From a virus (Duplodnaviria > Caudoviricetes), in the IMG/VR virus record IMGVR_UViG_3300046788_000003, positions 1-26,214 of that record: 26,214 bases of DNA, one strand, 5' to 3'. Position 1 is the stretch's first letter; every line of letters begins with the position of its first letter. Position numbers and translations under genes: made by a program. The notes beneath the pieces were generated by a model, which was not told the DNA's origin, did not search any database, and saw only the letters and a program-made list of their open reading frames with translations. Below, in pieces: positions 23,781-26,214 of this stretch.

Positions 23781-24475
23781 GCGAGTGGGTCCTGATCCAG
23801 CACGAAGTAGCTGTCTTCTACATTGATCTCTCCAGGCAGTCGTGGATCAAGTGCAATCGGATGCTGTGCAAAGCTAGACTTGACCATCTTGCGTCGGTTC
23901 TGTGCCAACACTTGGAACTTGTTCACTTGTGCAGGGATCGTGCCGTCATCGACGCAATACATCCAGCATGCATCATACTGCAACAGCAGTTGGTCGATAT
24001 ACACCTTGTCAGTGTTACCCAATGGCAACTGCGGTCGTTGTCGGCACCATGCCACAACACCGATTGTGCTATCAGGTGGATAGACCTTGAACGGTCGCCC
24101 TGGTGTCGAGTAGTCAGGTGCAATGTAGTGGGAACTCATACCACTTCTGAGCACCAATGGATTGATACTCTGTGGGAGTTCACGCAACTTACGATTGCTA
24201 TCTGCACGGAACACTGCGGCAACGTCACGATACTCAGTGATAGTAGCGAGCGGACCAACAAGGTCCAGCGTCAAGCTACCAGTGGTGCCATCTAACGGAA
24301 TGGGACCCAAGTGGGTCATGTAGTCAGGCCACCACATGTCCTCAAGCTCAAGCAGCAACGCATCCTGCACATGTTGCAGAATGCGACCACTCGCGTATAT
24401 CTGCGTCGCTATACCGGGAACCTGTGACAGTTCGGTAATGACAGCACTAACAATGTCACCAACAATAGCAGGCAT
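23777..24475 (-). CDS. Putative head-tail adaptor / tail tubular protein A
   Basis: 232 aa, with a helical N-terminus followed by WWPDY and a beta-rich middle (FKVYPPD). It is the first gene after the head block. Confidence 0.6.
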   Translation of the reverse strand: MPAIVGDIVSAVITELSQVPGIATQIYASGRILQHVQDALLLELEDMWWPDYMTHLGPIPLDGTTGSLTLDLVGPLATITEYRDVAAVFRADSNRKLRELPQSINPLVLRSGMSSHYIAPDYSTPGRPFKVYPPDSTIGVVAWCRQRPQLPLGNTDKVYIDQLLLQYDACWMYCVDDGTIPAQVNKFQVLAQNRRKMVKSSFAQHPIALDPRLPGEINVEDSYFVLDQDPLA

Positions 24476-24491
24476 AGCGTCCCCCTACGTT

Positions 24492-24531
24492 GGAAAACGG
24501 TGTGCTCAAGGGAGTCCGCGCGCACACCGTT
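24492..24531 (-). terminator. Probable terminator/attenuator after the head genes
   Basis: 10-bp stem AACGGTGTGC (24496-24505) / GCACACCGTT (24522-24531) with a 16-nt loop, ending GTTTT on the - strand, in the only sizeable gap of the late block. Confidence 0.55.
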
Positions 24532-24549
24532 CCCAATCAACAAGCTGTC

Positions 24550-25227
24550 CTAGGCAGCAGCTTGCTGAATACCATAGAGACCACCTCGGTTGGCAGTGTT
24601 CACATCGTTCACCATGTTGAACACACCACTGATGATGTTCGTGCCATTCATCGCAGTCGTGGTCGTGTATGCACCACGTGGATCAAGCGTCACGTTGGTC
24701 TGTGGATCAACAAGCGATGGTGCTTGCAACGTGCCAGCCGCAGCAACAACACCGTTGCCAATCTCATACGCGCAACGTATGGCCTTGTATGGCAAGCCTA
24801 GCTTCACACCAGTGCCGATGTTCACAGTCGTTGCACCAGTTGCACCATACGTGACGTAGTTCACTGCCTTGAATATCTTGTTGCCAACGACTGGCGTTGC
24901 ACCGTTGAGCGTGAAGCTCTCAGCGATGGGCTGACCAAGATAGTCCCAACCATACAGTGTCACGTTGCTGGTTGCTGCACCACTCGCAACAACAGTCACG
25001 TTGCGACCGAATGGCTCAGGTATGATCGCAACTGTGCTCAGGTCAGTTTGACCAGCCGTAGCGATGCTGATCGCATTGCCAATGCTATTCGCCACAGCAG
25101 CAAGTGGTGCACCGAAGTTCACACGTGTCTCACCGTTGTAGTTCACATCGGCACTGTATTGCATCGCAGGCACATACATGTTGATGCGTCGTGGGAAGTT
25201 GGTTCCCACTGCCATGAGGTTAGGCAT
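24550..25227 (-). CDS. Putative virion structural protein (capsid decoration/cement-like)
   Basis: 225 aa, Ala/Thr/Gly/Val-rich and beta-like (RNVTVV...VTLYGWDYLGQPIAESFTLNG...GTGVKLGLP). It lies between the capsid gene and the terminator. Confidence 0.6.
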   Translation of the reverse strand: MPNLMAVGTNFPRRINMYVPAMQYSADVNYNGETRVNFGAPLAAVANSIGNAISIATAGQTDLSTVAIIPEPFGRNVTVVASGAATSNVTLYGWDYLGQPIAESFTLNGATPVVGNKIFKAVNYVTYGATGATTVNIGTGVKLGLPYKAIRCAYEIGNGVVAAAGTLQAPSLVDPQTNVTLDPRGAYTTTTAMNGTNIISGVFNMVNDVNTANRGGLYGIQQAAA

Positions 25228-25636
25228 CTAAGTTACCCTCCATTACTTCAGTAAGACCACCTGTGCTACGTGCTGCACGTGGCCTGTTGTGTTGCGCTTG
25301 CTCTACGATCTCCTTCGGACTGAGGTTCAAGTTGTCTGGAACCTCGTCACCTGAGTTCATGTCAACGATCTTTGGCCTGTCACCAACACCGATGCGATTA
25401 AGCTGATCAGCATCATCCGCAGCAACGAACATGCTGTGGCCTTGTGGGAAGTAAATCATCCAGCCATCGCTGAACTCTTCCTTCTTCGGCACCAACTTAC
25501 GTGTGATGATCGACTTGTCACCATTGGGTCCGACCTTGCGCACATCTTCCTCAATGTGCATCACCATGCGAGTGAATTTGCCATTGACACGCTCAGCTTG
25601 GAACGCAGGCTTGAAGTCTGTGCTGGATGTTGGCAT
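25220..25636 (-). CDS. Hypothetical protein (head gene block)
   Basis: 138 aa, overlap-coupled to both neighbours. Confidence 0.7.
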   Translation of the reverse strand: MPTSSTDFKPAFQAERVNGKFTRMVMHIEEDVRKVGPNGDKSIITRKLVPKKEEFSDGWMIYFPQGHSMFVAADDADQLNRIGVGDRPKIVDMNSGDEVPDNLNLSPKEIVEQAQHNRPRAARSTGGLTEVMEGNLDA

Positions 25637-25920
25637 TACTTCTTGCTCTTGTCAGCTTGCTGCGTCTGCGCCATCTCAGCTTGCTGATTGCGTTCCTGCT
25701 CTTGACGGCGACGCTCCTGCTCTTCAAGTGATACAGGAGGTGGTGCAGGAACAACGTTCACATCTGGACCATACGTGGTCGCATTGGGATGTGCTTGCAG
25801 CAACGTCACATGCTCAGGTGAACCAGAGACAACTTCACGTTGCCCAGGCTGCGTCTTCTTAGCTTCATCATCCTTATGTGGAAGTGCAGTTGTGCCCTTG
25901 TCGCTTGTTTTGTCACTCAT
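25636..25920 (-). CDS. Hypothetical hydrophilic, low-complexity protein
   Basis: 94 aa, AGGAG RBS right after the capsid stop, Glu/Gln-rich C-terminus. Confidence 0.7.
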   Translation of the reverse strand: MSDKTSDKGTTALPHKDDEAKKTQPGQREVVSGSPEHVTLLQAHPNATTYGPDVNVVPAPPPVSLEEQERRRQEQERNQQAEMAQTQQADKSKK

Positions 25921-25934
25921 GACACGCTATACTC

Positions 25935-26213
25935 CTAGTTGGTCAACACAGCATGCGTTCTGAACGCACGCCATAAACACCACTGACCTTGCCACACTAC
26001 GCGGCTGCCAACTGCATCCACGTTCCACGGGCTCACCAACTCCTTCACCTTCATGTTCACGCCACGCAGCATGTGGAGGCGCAGATAAGTGTCGTTGATG
26101 AAGTATGCGTAGTTGACTGGACAGTCTTCGTCATACAGCAGTGGTATGCCATTGTGCAGACAACCCTCGAAGCCAAGATCGAACATGCGCTTCGTAGCCT
26201 TGCCTTCACTCAG
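25935..26213 (-). CDS. Major capsid protein, C-terminal part (partial, runs off the window)
   Basis: The frame is open to the window edge. DLGFEGCLHNGIPLLYDEDCPVNYAYFINDTYLRL...VVWQGQW...RTHAVL resembles a phage capsid C-terminus, and the gene heads the structural block. Confidence 0.7.
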   Translation of the reverse strand: MSEGKATKRMFDLGFEGCLHNGIPLLYDEDCPVNYAYFINDTYLRLHMLRGVNMKVKELVSPWNVDAVGSRVVWQGQWCLWRAFRTHAVLTN

Positions 26214-26214
26214 T

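Noticed and set aside
23089-23826. 245-aa + strand ORF rich in Pro/Cys/Val repeats
   Set aside because: It is the antisense shadow of the collagen Gly-X-Y repeat and has no independent coding signal.
1-26214. tRNA/rRNA genes, integrase, lysis genes, or stop-codon reassignment
   Set aside because: None was recognised. Intergenic gaps are short, and genes tile cleanly under the standard code with TAA, TAG and TGA all used as stops.

Overview
This window is an internal part of a tailed dsDNA phage genome with a podovirus-like layout of two convergent gene blocks. The + strand (1-9048) carries a DNA metabolism module: a Cas4/AddB-like PD-(D/E)XK nuclease, a Sak4/AAA_24-like ATPase, an SSB-like protein, a RecD2-like helicase and a family A DNA polymerase fused to a uracil-DNA-glycosylase-like domain, interspersed with four HNH(-AP2) endonuclease genes. 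The - strand (26214 down to 9031) carries the late/virion module: the major capsid 3' end, head accessory proteins, a tail adaptor, a collagen-like fibre, two tail fibres, a nozzle, four ejection/internal proteins interleaved with two GNAT-fold proteins, and a terminal DUF3987-like P-loop NTPase. Strongest leads: (1) a duplicated GNAT + ejection-protein arrangement, one partner carrying a short leader and a GGKGG motif, which suggests post-translational acylation of ejected proteins; (2) a polymerase with a degenerate UDG domain and His at the position equivalent to E. coli Pol I residue 762; (3) a probable overprinted +1-frame gene inside the polymerase; (4) a window-wide bias toward purine/pyrimidine alternation with few homopolymer runs; (5) recurrent intergenic palindromes, including one covering a sigma70-like promoter of a small stand-alone gene. 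All calls come from reading motifs by eye; no database searches were run.
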